Of a DNA stretch of 64,000 bases, positions 1-8,811 are shown in pieces. Under the pieces are notes generated by a model. The model saw only the letters and a program-made list of their open reading frames with translations. It made no database searches and had not been told where the DNA came from. Numbering within the stretch: position 1 is the first letter of the stretch; every line of letters begins with the position of its first letter. The stretch is taken from IMG/VR virus record IMGVR_UViG_3300042940_000551, positions 100 to 64,099 of that record; one strand, 5' to 3'. This stretch comes from a virus (Duplodnaviria; Caudoviricetes). Both the position numbers and the translations under genes were made by a program.

Positions 1-1
1 A

Positions 2-1354
2 GAGACTACAAATGGTCCCGTAACAGCTATTGATAACACAAGCACGACTACGGGATTTACTGGAACAATTAGTCAAGGATCTTCATTTACTCCCACTCCT
101 GATCCAGACAATGCGACAGTCTTGGCAGCAATTGATACAGCAAATGCACAAATTGCTACATTAAATTCAGCAGTTACAGCTATTGTTGCAACAAATACAG
201 CAAATACAAATACAGTTATTGCACCGATTGCAACTGTTTCACAAAATACAATTACATCACTAAACAATGCAAGTACTGATTTAACTAATAAGATAACGGC
301 AATTGCAACCGTTTCTGTAGCAGTAGAAAAAGTAACTACAGCCCCTACAATAGTAGCAGCAGCTCAAACAGTAATTGATGCAGTTCCTGCACCAGCGCCC
401 TTGCCAGCTCCTGCTCCACCTGCACCAGTTGAACCACCCATAGTCGTGCCACCTGTAGACACTACACCAGTAACTACCACACCTGTAGATACCACACCCA
501 TAGTCGTGCCACCTGTAGACACTACACCAGTAGACACTACACCAGTAGATACCACACCTGTGGAAACAGAACCAATTGACACAGAGCCTGTGGAGACAGA
601 ACCAATTGACACAGAGCCTGTGGAGACAGAACCAATTGACACAGAGCCTGTGGAGACAGAACCAATTGACACAGAGCCTGTGGAGACAGAACCAATTGAC
701 ACAGAGCCTGTGACGGGATCAGAAGAAGCAGTAGAAGAATCTGTTGATGACGCATTATCTGATGGTAAAATAGATACAGAGGAAGCAGAAGATATTTTAA
801 ATGAATTAGCAAGTGATGGTGAAGTAACTGCAGAAGAAGTTCAAAACCTTGCAGATGCTTTATCTGAAGATGGAAAATTAACTAATTCAGAAAAGGAATT
901 GATAGCAGATGCACTCGTAGAGTCTATTGCTCCTGGAGAATCTTTAACTAAAGAACAAATTCAAGAATCTGGAATTGAATATAAAGACTTACCTGCATCT
1001 ACTCCAGTTGAAGTAAGGCAGGATGAAAATGGTAACGAAGTTGTTATTACAGCAGAGGTAGCAGCCTCATTAGTATTACTTGAAAATCCTGCAGATTTGT
1101 TATCTACGGCGTTTTCAGATCCTGGAGAGGCTCTTCAAGCACTAGGTAATATAGGTGCTGATATGTCAGATGAAGAAAGAGAAGAAGCAACTGAAATGGT
1201 TGTAGCAACAGTTGTAGCAGCAGGTGCAGCAATTAATGCAGCAGCAGTTGCTGCTGGAGGTGCAACTGGTGGGGGTACTGGCGGAGGAGGAAGTTCTGGG
1301 GGAAGCTCATCAGGGGCTAATTCACCAGGTTCAAGGGGAGGTAGAAAATGGTAA
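2..1354 (+). CDS. 5'-truncated Pro/Thr-rich repeat membrane/surface protein
   Basis: Frame open from nt 2; DTTPV and VETEPIDTEP repeats, acidic region, C-terminal hydrophobic helix and Gly-rich tail. Confidence 0.75.
   Translation, partial: ETTNGPVTAIDNTSTTTGFTGTISQGSSFTPTPDPDNATVLAAIDTANAQIATLNSAVTAIVATNTANTNTVIAPIATVSQNTITSLNNASTDLTNKITAIATVSVAVEKVTTAPTIVAAAQTVIDAVPAPAPLPAPAPPAPVEPPIVVPPVDTTPVTTTPVDTTPIVVPPVDTTPVDTTPVDTTPVETEPIDTEPVETEPIDTEPVETEPIDTEPVETEPIDTEPVETEPIDTEPVTGSEEAVEESVDDALSDGKIDTEEAEDILNELASDGEVTAEEVQNLADALSEDGKLTNSEKELIADALVESIAPGESLTKEQIQESGIEYKDLPASTPVEVRQDENGNEVVITAEVAASLVLLENPADLLSTAFSDPGEALQALGNIGADMSDEEREEATEMVVATVVAAGAAINAAAVAAGGATGGGTGGGGSSGGSSSGANSPGSRGGRKW
560..709 (+). 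repeat. 5 x 30-bp coding tandem repeat (VETEPIDTEP)
   Basis: gtgga(a/g)acagaaccaattgacacagagcct x5, preceded by degenerate 15-bp DTTPV units. Confidence 0.95.
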
Positions 1355-1530
1355 GAGTAATAAAGAATATCATTAAAGACATGATAGATCAGGCATGGAC
1401 CCTTCTTGGCATGTTTATAGCATGGGTAGTCCTTGACGGAAGTGCCAAAACAGTAGTAGGCTATGGAATAGTAGCTACAACTGTTTTATGGATAGTCACT
1501 AGCCCTATTAGAAATAGAGACTCAGAATAA
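1348..1530 (+). CDS. small 2-TM membrane protein
   Basis: Hydrophobic 60 aa ORF overlapping the upstream stop. Confidence 0.7.
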   Translation: MVRVIKNIIKDMIDQAWTLLGMFIAWVVLDGSAKTVVGYGIVATTVLWIVTSPIRNRDSE

Positions 1531-1544
1531 GGTATAATAGGGGT

Positions 1545-1763
1545 ATGAAAAGAATAACTGCTATTGCTTTATCAGGGCTATTAATGCTATCATTAACTAG
1601 CTGCGGATATCAAGGTTTTTACAGATACCCATGCCAAAACCCTGATAATTGGGAAAAAGCTGAATGCAATCCTCCAATTTGTGAAGCGACAGGCACATGC
1701 ACTAAAGATGTAATTGGTAAAGATCCAATTGCAGAAGACAAGACGGGTACACCAAATGGCTAA
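1545..1763 (+). CDS. putative lipoprotein
   Basis: Signal peptide with lipobox LTSC; Cys-rich; ATG 6 nt after TATAAT. Confidence 0.7.
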   Translation: MKRITAIALSGLLMLSLTSCGYQGFYRYPCQNPDNWEKAECNPPICEATGTCTKDVIGKDPIAEDKTGTPNG

Positions 1764-2166
1764 AGAAAGACTAAGTCCACAGGATTTAGATGCTAGATTA
1801 AAATTTATTTTAGGAATTACATTAGGCACAATTCTTTTGTGCACATCATTGGGCATTCTATATGCTTTAATTTTCGTAACACAGCCAATTGGCGGACAGT
1901 CAGAGAATGATAAGATGTTCTTTAACGTACTTGGTTCTGTTGCAACATTTATTACAGGAACGCTTGCAGGTCTATTGATTGGTCAATCTGGTGCTAAGGA
2001 TATTATGTCAGCACAGTTGGCAAACAAGGAAATGGATGCAAAGAACACACAAGCAGATAAAAAGCTTGAAGCAGAAATTGATGCAACCGCTGCTCGTTTA
2101 GCAGCAAAGCCAGATGGCGCAATGCCAGAGGCACAACCAGTTGATACAGATTGGGATAAAGAATGA
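1756..2166 (+). CDS. holin-like 2-TM protein
   Basis: Two hydrophobic helices, charged C-terminus, upstream of endolysin. Confidence 0.55.
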   Translation: MAKERLSPQDLDARLKFILGITLGTILLCTSLGILYALIFVTQPIGGQSENDKMFFNVLGSVATFITGTLAGLLIGQSGAKDIMSAQLANKEMDAKNTQADKKLEAEIDATAARLAAKPDGAMPEAQPVDTDWDKE

Positions 2167-2324
2167 CCCACGACCACCCAGTAATTACAGCAGGTTCTGG
2201 AATCACTGAGATGGAAATTATGTGGTTTCTAATGGTGCTTATGTTTGGGTGGAATCTTATTATGGCGTATCAGCACTACCGACTAAAAAACAAAGTTGAA
2301 TGCTCTTGTAAGGAGAAGAAGTAA
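2163..2324 (+). CDS. small 1-TM protein (not in ORF track)
   Basis: MTHDHPV...CKEKK; start and stop overlap both neighbours. Confidence 0.65.
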   Translation: MTHDHPVITAGSGITEMEIMWFLMVLMFGWNLIMAYQHYRLKNKVECSCKEKK

Positions 2325-2917
2325 TGGCAGAACAAGGTACAGCGGCTCGTCTTATTGAAGTTGCTACAGCAGAACTAGGAACTATTGAAGGTCCTAAAGA
2401 CAACGAAACAAAGTACGGAGCTTACACAAAAGCTAACTTTCAACCATGGTGCGGAAGTTTTGTTAACTGGTGCGCTAATGAAGCTGGAGTAAAGGTTCCA
2501 AACACAGTATTTACACCAGGTGGAGCACAAGCATTCAAGAAAGCTGGTGCATGGATTGATGGAGACTTAGCAGATCCAGAGCCAGGAGATATTGCTTATT
2601 TTGATTTCCCATCAGATGGAGTCGATAGAATTTCTCACGTTGGTATTGTTATCAAGGACAACGAAGATGGCACTGTCTGGTGTATCGAAGGAAACACCAG
2701 CCCAGATAAAAAGGGAAGCCAAAGAAATGGCGGACAGGTTTCAAAGAAACTTCGTGCATTTAAAAAGAATAAACAAGGCGAAATGATTTCTATTGTAGGT
2801 TTTGGTCGTCCTAAGTTTAAAGGTGCGGGATCTGCAAAACCAGCGGGATCTGCAAAACCAGCAGCATCTTCTGCAGAAAATAAAACTTGTAAGGCTTGCG
2901 GTCAAGCAATTAAGTAA
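2324..2917 (+). CDS. CHAP-domain endolysin/amidase
   Basis: QPWCGSFVNWC (Cys), ISHVGIV (His), IEGNTS; GSAKPA x2 linker. Confidence 0.9.
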   Translation: MAEQGTAARLIEVATAELGTIEGPKDNETKYGAYTKANFQPWCGSFVNWCANEAGVKVPNTVFTPGGAQAFKKAGAWIDGDLADPEPGDIAYFDFPSDGVDRISHVGIVIKDNEDGTVWCIEGNTSPDKKGSQRNGGQVSKKLRAFKKNKQGEMISIVGFGRPKFKGAGSAKPAGSAKPAASSAENKTCKACGQAIK

Positions 2918-3060
2918 TGAATACTTACAGAGTAAAGCTAGAGGTAGAAGCAGAAGTAGAGGCTTTTGATGAAGGCGATGCCCTAGATTATGCAAACGAT
3001 ATCTTTGGCGTTGATGATGAAATTAAAAACGTTAAAGTTGTTAGCGTGAAGGAGAAATAA
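2917..3060 (+). CDS. small acidic hypothetical protein
   Basis: 47 aa ORF with TAATG coupling. Confidence 0.65.
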   Translation: MNTYRVKLEVEAEVEAFDEGDALDYANDIFGVDDEIKNVKVVSVKEK

Positions 3061-3061
3061 A

Positions 3062-3757
3062 ATGGCAAAAGAAGGATACAAACCAACATCTGGAATGCAA
3101 TCTGCAGCTCGTCGTGCAATTAAATTAAAAGAGCAAGGCAAAGCTAAGGGTGCTGGAACAGCAGTAGGTTGGACTCGTGCAGGGCAACTTTCTAGAGGAG
3201 AGACGCTTAGTCTTTCAACAGTTAAGCGCATGTATTCATATTTTTCTCGTCATGAAGTAGATAAAAAGGGTAAAGATTGGGATAATGCTGAGAACCCTTC
3301 AAATGGAAAAATTATGTGGTTAGCCTGGGGCGGAGACGCAGGATTTTCTTGGTCCCGTAAAATAGTTAATAGGGAGAAAAATATGAAAAAGTCATTAGAA
3401 GTGCAAGAAGTAATAGAGGAAATTAAAGACATGCTTGAGGATGTAGTTAATCCAGTAGACACAGTCATTGAAATTCCAGAAGACGTTCTTGAAAAGAAAT
3501 ATACAGGATGCGGTTGCGAGACATGCAAAGCAATGGATGTTGCTTGTAAGGATTGCCCAAAGTGCTCAGAAGAAGAAACGAGCAAAAACTATGAATCTGA
3601 TAACGAAGATGAAGACAAATGGAGTAATATGGAAAAGGCCTGCTGGTCAGGATATACTCAAAGAGGTATGAAGGAAAAGAATGGCAGAATGGTGCCTAAT
3701 TGCGTACCAGTTGATAAAGTACAAAAGTCCGTATGGAACGGAACTTTTCTTAAATAA
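3062..3757 (+). CDS. hypothetical two-module phage protein
   Basis: N-terminal TVKRMYSYFSRHE/WGGDAG module; C-terminal CxCxxC..CxxCxxC and CWSGY...VPNCVP motifs. Confidence 0.8.
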   Translation: MAKEGYKPTSGMQSAARRAIKLKEQGKAKGAGTAVGWTRAGQLSRGETLSLSTVKRMYSYFSRHEVDKKGKDWDNAENPSNGKIMWLAWGGDAGFSWSRKIVNREKNMKKSLEVQEVIEEIKDMLEDVVNPVDTVIEIPEDVLEKKYTGCGCETCKAMDVACKDCPKCSEEETSKNYESDNEDEDKWSNMEKACWSGYTQRGMKEKNGRMVPNCVPVDKVQKSVWNGTFLK

Positions 3758-3760
3758 CTA

Positions 3761-3790
3761 TTGACATAGCCTTAGTAATTACTGTATAAT
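3761..3790 (+). promoter_or_regulatory. sigma70/SigA-type promoter
   Basis: TTGACA-N18-TATAAT; similar promoters near 6536, 7735, 11088, 12088, 28976 (+) and 19474-19503, 32094-32122 (-). Confidence 0.8.
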
Positions 3791-3829
3791 ATATATTAGT
3801 GGGATGCTGTGGTTTATGTTAGAGGATAA

Positions 3830-4057
3830 ATGTTAAATTTAACAGAACTAGGTGTCGAAGTCTTTATAAAAAAGGCTAAAAATGTTAATTCGTTTTGGGA
3901 AAATTACGATCTAGTAATTTGGAAAAAAGACCCTAATGGATTTACTAATAAAAATGGCATGTTTGTGGCGGAAGCTTGGGGAACGGCTGAGAGAATAGTC
4001 GTTAACAATAAAGGGATATGGAAGTTGCCAAAAAAATATGTCAGATATTTTAAATAA
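3830..4057 (+). CDS. hypothetical protein
   Basis: 75 aa ORF with AGAGGA RBS downstream of the promoter. Confidence 0.75.
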   Translation: MLNLTELGVEVFIKKAKNVNSFWENYDLVIWKKDPNGFTNKNGMFVAEAWGTAERIVVNNKGIWKLPKKYVRYFK

Positions 4058-4349
4058 TCTGGGTATTGATCTAGAAGATCTAGACTGGTATCATTTAGGA
4101 TTATGTAGAGGAATGGATACAAATCTATTCTACGATAAATATGAAGCAGATTCAAATATAGCAAAAAATATAGACGAGGCTTGCCTTTCTTGCCCAGTTA
4201 TAAGTATGTGTTTTCAAGCAGGCGTTAACCAAAATGAATACGGAGTTTGGGGCGGAGTTTATTTAAGCTCTGGATCGATAGATAAATCAAAAAATATACA
4301 CAAGACCCCAGAAATATGGAAGAAATTGAAGGCAAAGAATGTATATTGA
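4038..4349 (+). CDS. whiB: WhiB-family Fe-S transcription factor
   Basis: LC..D..LFY, CxxC..C pattern (CLSCPVISMC) and GVWGG. Confidence 0.92.
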   Translation: MSDILNNLGIDLEDLDWYHLGLCRGMDTNLFYDKYEADSNIAKNIDEACLSCPVISMCFQAGVNQNEYGVWGGVYLSSGSIDKSKNIHKTPEIWKKLKAKNVY

Positions 4350-4665
4350 TAAGAGCCAGGATAAATTAAAAGAGCATTTTAAATACGGAATTAATCATTG
4401 GACTGGTGAGCCAGCTAAACCAGTTTTTTATACAGAAGAAATGAAAAAGAAAGTTCATGAGATTAAGAAGCCACAACTGCTTCTTATGGATGTGGTTATG
4501 TACCCAGACTTCTTAGCATTAAGATTATATGAAGATAATTTTTTACAGTTCGAAGGCATCAAAAAAGAAATGGTGATCGATTACGTTAAAAAAGTCAAGC
4601 AATTGATAGAGTCATATGGAGTAAGATGCGAGATGGAGGGCAAGCCCAGTGAAAGAGTACTATGA
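4339..4665 (+). CDS. hypothetical protein
   Basis: 108 aa ORF coupled to whiB. Confidence 0.75.
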   Translation: MYIDKSQDKLKEHFKYGINHWTGEPAKPVFYTEEMKKKVHEIKKPQLLLMDVVMYPDFLALRLYEDNFLQFEGIKKEMVIDYVKKVKQLIESYGVRCEMEGKPSERVL

Positions 4666-4846
4666 TACTACACATGTTGTATTTATACATGCAGAACAAA
4701 CCCACGGTATTGTTGAAAAACTTGGGGCATGGGCATCAATGGTAAAATATAATAAAGACGGAATAGAGCATAACGAACTATTAGAGAATGAAGAGTTCAC
4801 CATAATGGATGAAATAGTATTTACGCATATAGAGGAATCAAATTAA
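4649..4846 (+). CDS. hypothetical protein
   Basis: Overlapping operon ORF. Confidence 0.7.
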   Translation: MKEYYDTTHVVFIHAEQTHGIVEKLGAWASMVKYNKDGIEHNELLENEEFTIMDEIVFTHIEESN

Positions 4847-5082
4847 TGGAAAAGATTTTATGTTACAGCTGCAATAAGCCTAAAAACAAATTAGAGGTAA
4901 GAAAATCTGGGCTACTTCCAGTCAACCTATTAATTTGCGAAACGTGCCATACTTCAAAATTAGAACCAAGATGGGTGGTTATTTTGGCGGGAAGATCACA
5001 CGGTCCAGAGCATGTAAAGGAAGTAGTTCTAAAAAGAAGATATTTGGGCAACGAAATATCAGCTTCTGAACTTCTTATTTAA
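4846..5082 (+). CDS. small Zn-binding protein
   Basis: CxxC-x16-CxxC. Confidence 0.7.
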   Translation: MEKILCYSCNKPKNKLEVRKSGLLPVNLLICETCHTSKLEPRWVVILAGRSHGPEHVKEVVLKRRYLGNEISASELLI

Positions 5083-5111
5083 GTACCGCTTTACGGTATA
5101 ATTAGTTTATT

Positions 5112-5441
5112 ATGTCTATGGATTATACCGCTATTATTATTGCTATTTCCGCCGCTATATTGTCTGGTATGGGAACGGCAATAATTGCTGGATTAAAAGA
5201 AAGCAAAAGAGAAAAAGTACGCCAGCAAGAGCGTGAACAAGATCATTTAAAATTAGAAATAAAAGATTTAAAAATTGCTTTATATAAGGTTGAGCGTGAT
5301 TTGACGGAGTGGAAGGATAGATATTATAATGCTATCCAAGAGCTTATTTCAGTTAAGGCTGAGCTTGAAGAAACTCTCATAAAACTCTCATTTATAGACC
5401 ACAGCATAGAGGACCCGATCCCACTGGACAGAGAATTTTAA
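5112..5441 (+). CDS. N-terminal TM plus coiled-coil protein
   Basis: Hydrophobic N-terminus followed by heptad-rich region. Confidence 0.7.
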   Translation: MSMDYTAIIIAISAAILSGMGTAIIAGLKESKREKVRQQEREQDHLKLEIKDLKIALYKVERDLTEWKDRYYNAIQELISVKAELEETLIKLSFIDHSIEDPIPLDREF

Positions 5442-5459
5442 AAATAGTATACTAGGGGC

Positions 5460-6026
5460 ATGACCTGTATTGTAGCCCTAATCCATGAAAACAAGGTGTA
5501 CCTTGGTGGTGATGCTGCTGCGTCTGATGATAAAACTGGTTTAATTATTCAAAGAACAGATCCAAAGGTTTTTAAAGTTGGTCAATTTGGAATTGGATTT
5601 ACAGATAGCTTTAGAATGGGCCAAATACTTCAATACAATTGGAAGCCACCAGTATATAAACCAACGGCTGGAAACAAAAATTTAGATAAGTTTATGAGAA
5701 CCGTTTTTGTCGATTCCGTAAAGGAGTTATTCAAGGACCACGGATACGGAAATTTTGGAGCTTCAACAGAAGATGGCGATGAAGGCGGAATATTTTTAGT
5801 AGCAGTAGCTGGCACTGGAAGACTGTTTACGGTAGATATGGACTTTCACATAGGAGAAGCGGACGTAATGTACATGGCAGAAGGAAGCGGTCAACAGGTA
5901 GCCCTAGGCTCTCTTTACTCTACTACACAGATTAAAACACCTAGGAAGCGTGTAAGAATGGCCCTAGAAGCCTCTGCTAAGTTTATTATGAGCGTAAGGC
6001 CACCCTTTACAATTATTGAAGTCTAG
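5460..6026 (+). CDS. HslV/proteasome-beta-like Ntn peptidase
   Basis: N-terminal MTC (Thr nucleophile), GGDAA, PKVF, EGSG motifs. Confidence 0.8.
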   Translation: MTCIVALIHENKVYLGGDAAASDDKTGLIIQRTDPKVFKVGQFGIGFTDSFRMGQILQYNWKPPVYKPTAGNKNLDKFMRTVFVDSVKELFKDHGYGNFGASTEDGDEGGIFLVAVAGTGRLFTVDMDFHIGEADVMYMAEGSGQQVALGSLYSTTQIKTPRKRVRMALEASAKFIMSVRPPFTIIEV

Positions 6027-6040
6027 AGTATAATAGATTT

Positions 6041-6364
6041 ATGAAATGGGTTAATCGTTTAGCAGCAACCCTCTTGGGTCTCATAAGTATTGGGATTGTC
6101 AGGGAGTTTTTTAGCAGGTACGATCTTCTAATATTTGATAAAAAAGATATTGAAGAAGCCCGTCAGGAAGAAGCACATCAGCTAAATGCAATGGATCTTC
6201 GTGGCACACCAACACATGAGTGTGTATGCGGATCACGCATATTCTTTATTAGAGCAGTTTTTAATGATTATGAAATTGCTACATATTTTTTAGAAATGCA
6301 ATGCGCTGAATGCGGTAGTTTGGCAACGGCCCCAACACCATTAGACAGAGAGAGTCAGGAATGA
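6041..6364 (+). CDS. hypothetical protein with Zn-ribbon
   Basis: HECVCGS...CAECGS. Confidence 0.7.
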   Translation: MKWVNRLAATLLGLISIGIVREFFSRYDLLIFDKKDIEEARQEEAHQLNAMDLRGTPTHECVCGSRIFFIRAVFNDYEIATYFLEMQCAECGSLATAPTPLDRESQE

Positions 6365-6531
6365 GAAAGTCAGAAAGAATAAGGTTGCTTGAAATGGAAA
6401 TGCTAAGAATGCAATTTCAAATAGAGTATTTAAACAAGGCTGTTAACCTATTGCTTGAGGAAAATAAGGTATCGGGACCAGATATGGACGCTGGAAAATG
6501 GTACTCCGCTAAACTAAATAAAGATAAGTAA
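6361..6531 (+). CDS. hypothetical protein
   Basis: 56 aa ORF with ATGA overlap. Confidence 0.65.
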   Translation: MRKSERIRLLEMEMLRMQFQIEYLNKAVNLLLEENKVSGPDMDAGKWYSAKLNKDK

Positions 6532-6570
6532 GCTATTGACAATCAGTAATACATTTAGTATTATTAGCAT

Positions 6571-7500
6571 ATGAACAAAAAAATAACAGCGGCTTTAATT
6601 GCCGCAATACTAGCAGTTCCTGTAACTGCACAAGCAAATATCAAGAATCGTACTATTGATTCAGCGCCCACTCTAGCAGTTATTGACACTGCTATCAATT
6701 CTAAAGATCCGTCTTTTAGCGGAAAAGTAATTTATGAAGTTTGTCTTCTTGTTACAAAGAATTGTGCAAATGGTCAGGAGTCTATGGAAGGTCCTGGCGC
6801 AGCAAATATTCCAGCAGAATTTATTTCAAAGAACGGCTTCGATCATGGATCTATCATGGTAGCCTCAGCTTTAGCAGAAAATCCTGGTATGAATATTGTT
6901 TTTATTAGAATTGTTGGATATAGAGCCAATGGCACTAGAGATATCACTCCAACTAATTCCGTGGCTAATGCTATTAATTGGGTAATTGCAAACAAGGATA
7001 AGTTCAACATTAAGGCTATTAATATGTCTCAAGGTCATCATAATTTAAGACCAGGCACAGACTATTGCCCTAAGATTCCAGCAGTAGATGCAGCAGTTCA
7101 ATCTGCAGTATCTTCTAACATTCCAGTATTTTTTCCAACAGGCAACAACTGGGATTCTGTAAGAATTGACTGGCCTTCATGTATCCCATCCTCTATTGCA
7201 GTGGGTGGAATTGATGATAATGGCTTTGTTGGCGGGTATTCAAATCACGATAACGCTCTAGTAGACTTCCTTGCAAAAGGCACCTTTACTGGAACAGTAT
7301 CTGGAAAACCAGTTAGACTGGTTGGTACGTCAGTATCTTCAACTGTTGCATCCTCTAATTGGATTAAGTTGGCTACATTAAAGCCAGGACTAACATATAC
7401 ACAAGTTTACGACTTGTTTGTTAAAACATCTACTTCCGCATACAGCGCAAAAGTTAAGACTAATCGTGTAATGAACTTTGGAGCAGCATCAAATGGATGA
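6571..7500 (+). CDS. secreted subtilisin-like serine peptidase (S8)
   Basis: Signal peptide; VIDTA (Asp), DHG (His), PTGN (oxyanion Asn), GTSVS (Ser). Confidence 0.85.
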   Translation: MNKKITAALIAAILAVPVTAQANIKNRTIDSAPTLAVIDTAINSKDPSFSGKVIYEVCLLVTKNCANGQESMEGPGAANIPAEFISKNGFDHGSIMVASALAENPGMNIVFIRIVGYRANGTRDITPTNSVANAINWVIANKDKFNIKAINMSQGHHNLRPGTDYCPKIPAVDAAVQSAVSSNIPVFFPTGNNWDSVRIDWPSCIPSSIAVGGIDDNGFVGGYSNHDNALVDFLAKGTFTGTVSGKPVRLVGTSVSSTVASSNWIKLATLKPGLTYTQVYDLFVKTSTSAYSAKVKTNRVMNFGAASNG

Positions 7501-7717
7501 TATCGGAAAGAAAATGACTGTCTTAGAAGGAATCATGGCAGATGTTGGAGTAGCTTTATTTCAACGCTGGGCTAACAATTTGCCAGAAGATCAAAGAACT
7601 GAGGAGGCGTTAGCTAGTTTAAATAAGAACGCCCTAGAAACTTCTTACTTTACTATTCAGATGTTTATGAATAAATTTAACGAAGCAGCAGAAGATCTTA
7701 AAAGCAAGCCAGAATAA
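7493..7717 (+). CDS. hypothetical protein
   Basis: ORF overlapping the peptidase stop. Confidence 0.7.
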   Translation: MDDIGKKMTVLEGIMADVGVALFQRWANNLPEDQRTEEALASLNKNALETSYFTIQMFMNKFNEAAEDLKSKPE

Positions 7718-7721
7718 TTAT

Positions 7722-7749
7722 AGTGGGGTAGGGGTTGACCTACCCCACA
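7722..7749 (+). terminator. hairpin overlapping the next promoter's -35
   Basis: gtggggtagg-ggttga-cctaccccac. Confidence 0.7.
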
Positions 7750-7770
7750 TTATTTAGTAGAATAGATACC

Positions 7771-8241
7771 ATGCAAACATTTTTACCAGAGGCGGACTTT
7801 GCAGAAACAGCAAAACATTTAGACCGTAAGCGTTTAATTAAACAAAGCGTAGAAAATCTACAAGTTCTTAAGTCATTAGCTGGCTTATACAGTTCAGGTG
7901 CTTGGAAAAATCATCCAGCAGTTAAAATGTGGGATGGGCATGAAGACTGGCTATTTATGTATAATGAAGCAATCATTAAAGAAATTATCATGAGAGGCTA
8001 CAAGAACAGCACTAAAGATACGTTCGATAAAGTTTATCAAGATAACTTTTTAATGTTAGAGTCAGACAAGCCTTGGTGGTTAGGGGATGACAACCTACAC
8101 TACACACACAAGGGTCGACTATTTGAAAAAGATCCAGAGCAATACTATTTTTATAGCGAGTTCTCAGATTATCGAGAGCTTGGATACACATGTTGTGATT
8201 CATGTAGTTACTATTGGCCAACCCATGTGGAGTCAAAGTGA
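7771..8241 (+). CDS. pyrimidine-dimer DNA glycosylase (DenV-like/MSMEG_6728 family)
   Basis: MQTFLP..DF...A..LD.KRL.KQ.VE and W.NHPAVKMW motifs. Confidence 0.85.
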   Translation: MQTFLPEADFAETAKHLDRKRLIKQSVENLQVLKSLAGLYSSGAWKNHPAVKMWDGHEDWLFMYNEAIIKEIIMRGYKNSTKDTFDKVYQDNFLMLESDKPWWLGDDNLHYTHKGRLFEKDPEQYYFYSEFSDYRELGYTCCDSCSYYWPTHVESK

Positions 8242-8540
8242 TAGTAACAGATAGCACGTTTGATGAACAAATAAACAGCAACGATCTAATACTGATAGAT
8301 TTTTGGGCAGAGTGGTGTGGTCCCTGTAAAAAGGTATCTCCAATCTTAGACGAAATCTCTGAATCCACTGGCCTACTGGTTGGTAAGTTAAATATTGATG
8401 AGAATCCCATAAAAACAGTGGAATATTCTGTACATTCAATACCAACTATGGTATTATTTAAGGATGGAAGCCCAGTCCATACGGTGCTTGGCGCAAAGCC
8501 CAAACATCTTCTTTTAAAAGAATTGGCGGAATGGGTATGA
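8238..8540 (+). CDS. trxA: thioredoxin
   Basis: DFWAEWCGPCK, SIPT; GTG start overlapping the upstream stop. Confidence 0.95.
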   Translation: MIVTDSTFDEQINSNDLILIDFWAEWCGPCKKVSPILDEISESTGLLVGKLNIDENPIKTVEYSVHSIPTMVLFKDGSPVHTVLGAKPKHLLLKELAEWV

Positions 8541-8764
8541 CATTTGACGAATGGATTGCATACGGCATAGAAAAAGGTTGGTGCGGACCTCCAGTATGTT
8601 ACACACACGACGGACTACCAATGTCTGAACAAGAAGGCACAGAATTTGATGAAGGTCAAGATCCCTGTATGCATGTTGTTCGAATGTACGAAGACATTGA
8701 AACGAAAAAAGAAATAGAAGATAACCACTCTCCGTCACAATGGCGGAACTCGTACACAATATAG
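8531..8764 (+). CDS. conserved actinophage-type hypothetical protein
   Basis: FDEW..YG.EKGWCGPPVCYTHDG. Confidence 0.75.
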   Translation: MGMTFDEWIAYGIEKGWCGPPVCYTHDGLPMSEQEGTEFDEGQDPCMHVVRMYEDIETKKEIEDNHSPSQWRNSYTI

Positions 8765-8811
8765 GTTTCCACGCTCAGCAAGAGGTGGGAAGAAAAAGGA
8801 GAATAAATTAA

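Noticed and set aside
440-712. Tandem repeats as a CRISPR array
   Set aside because: No unique spacers; in-frame coding repeats; no cas genes
8012-8608. Long antisense ORFs in the track (e.g. 8012-8608, 57897-58499, 34960-35337)
   Set aside because: Shadows of well-supported genes on the opposite strand; no RBS or motifs
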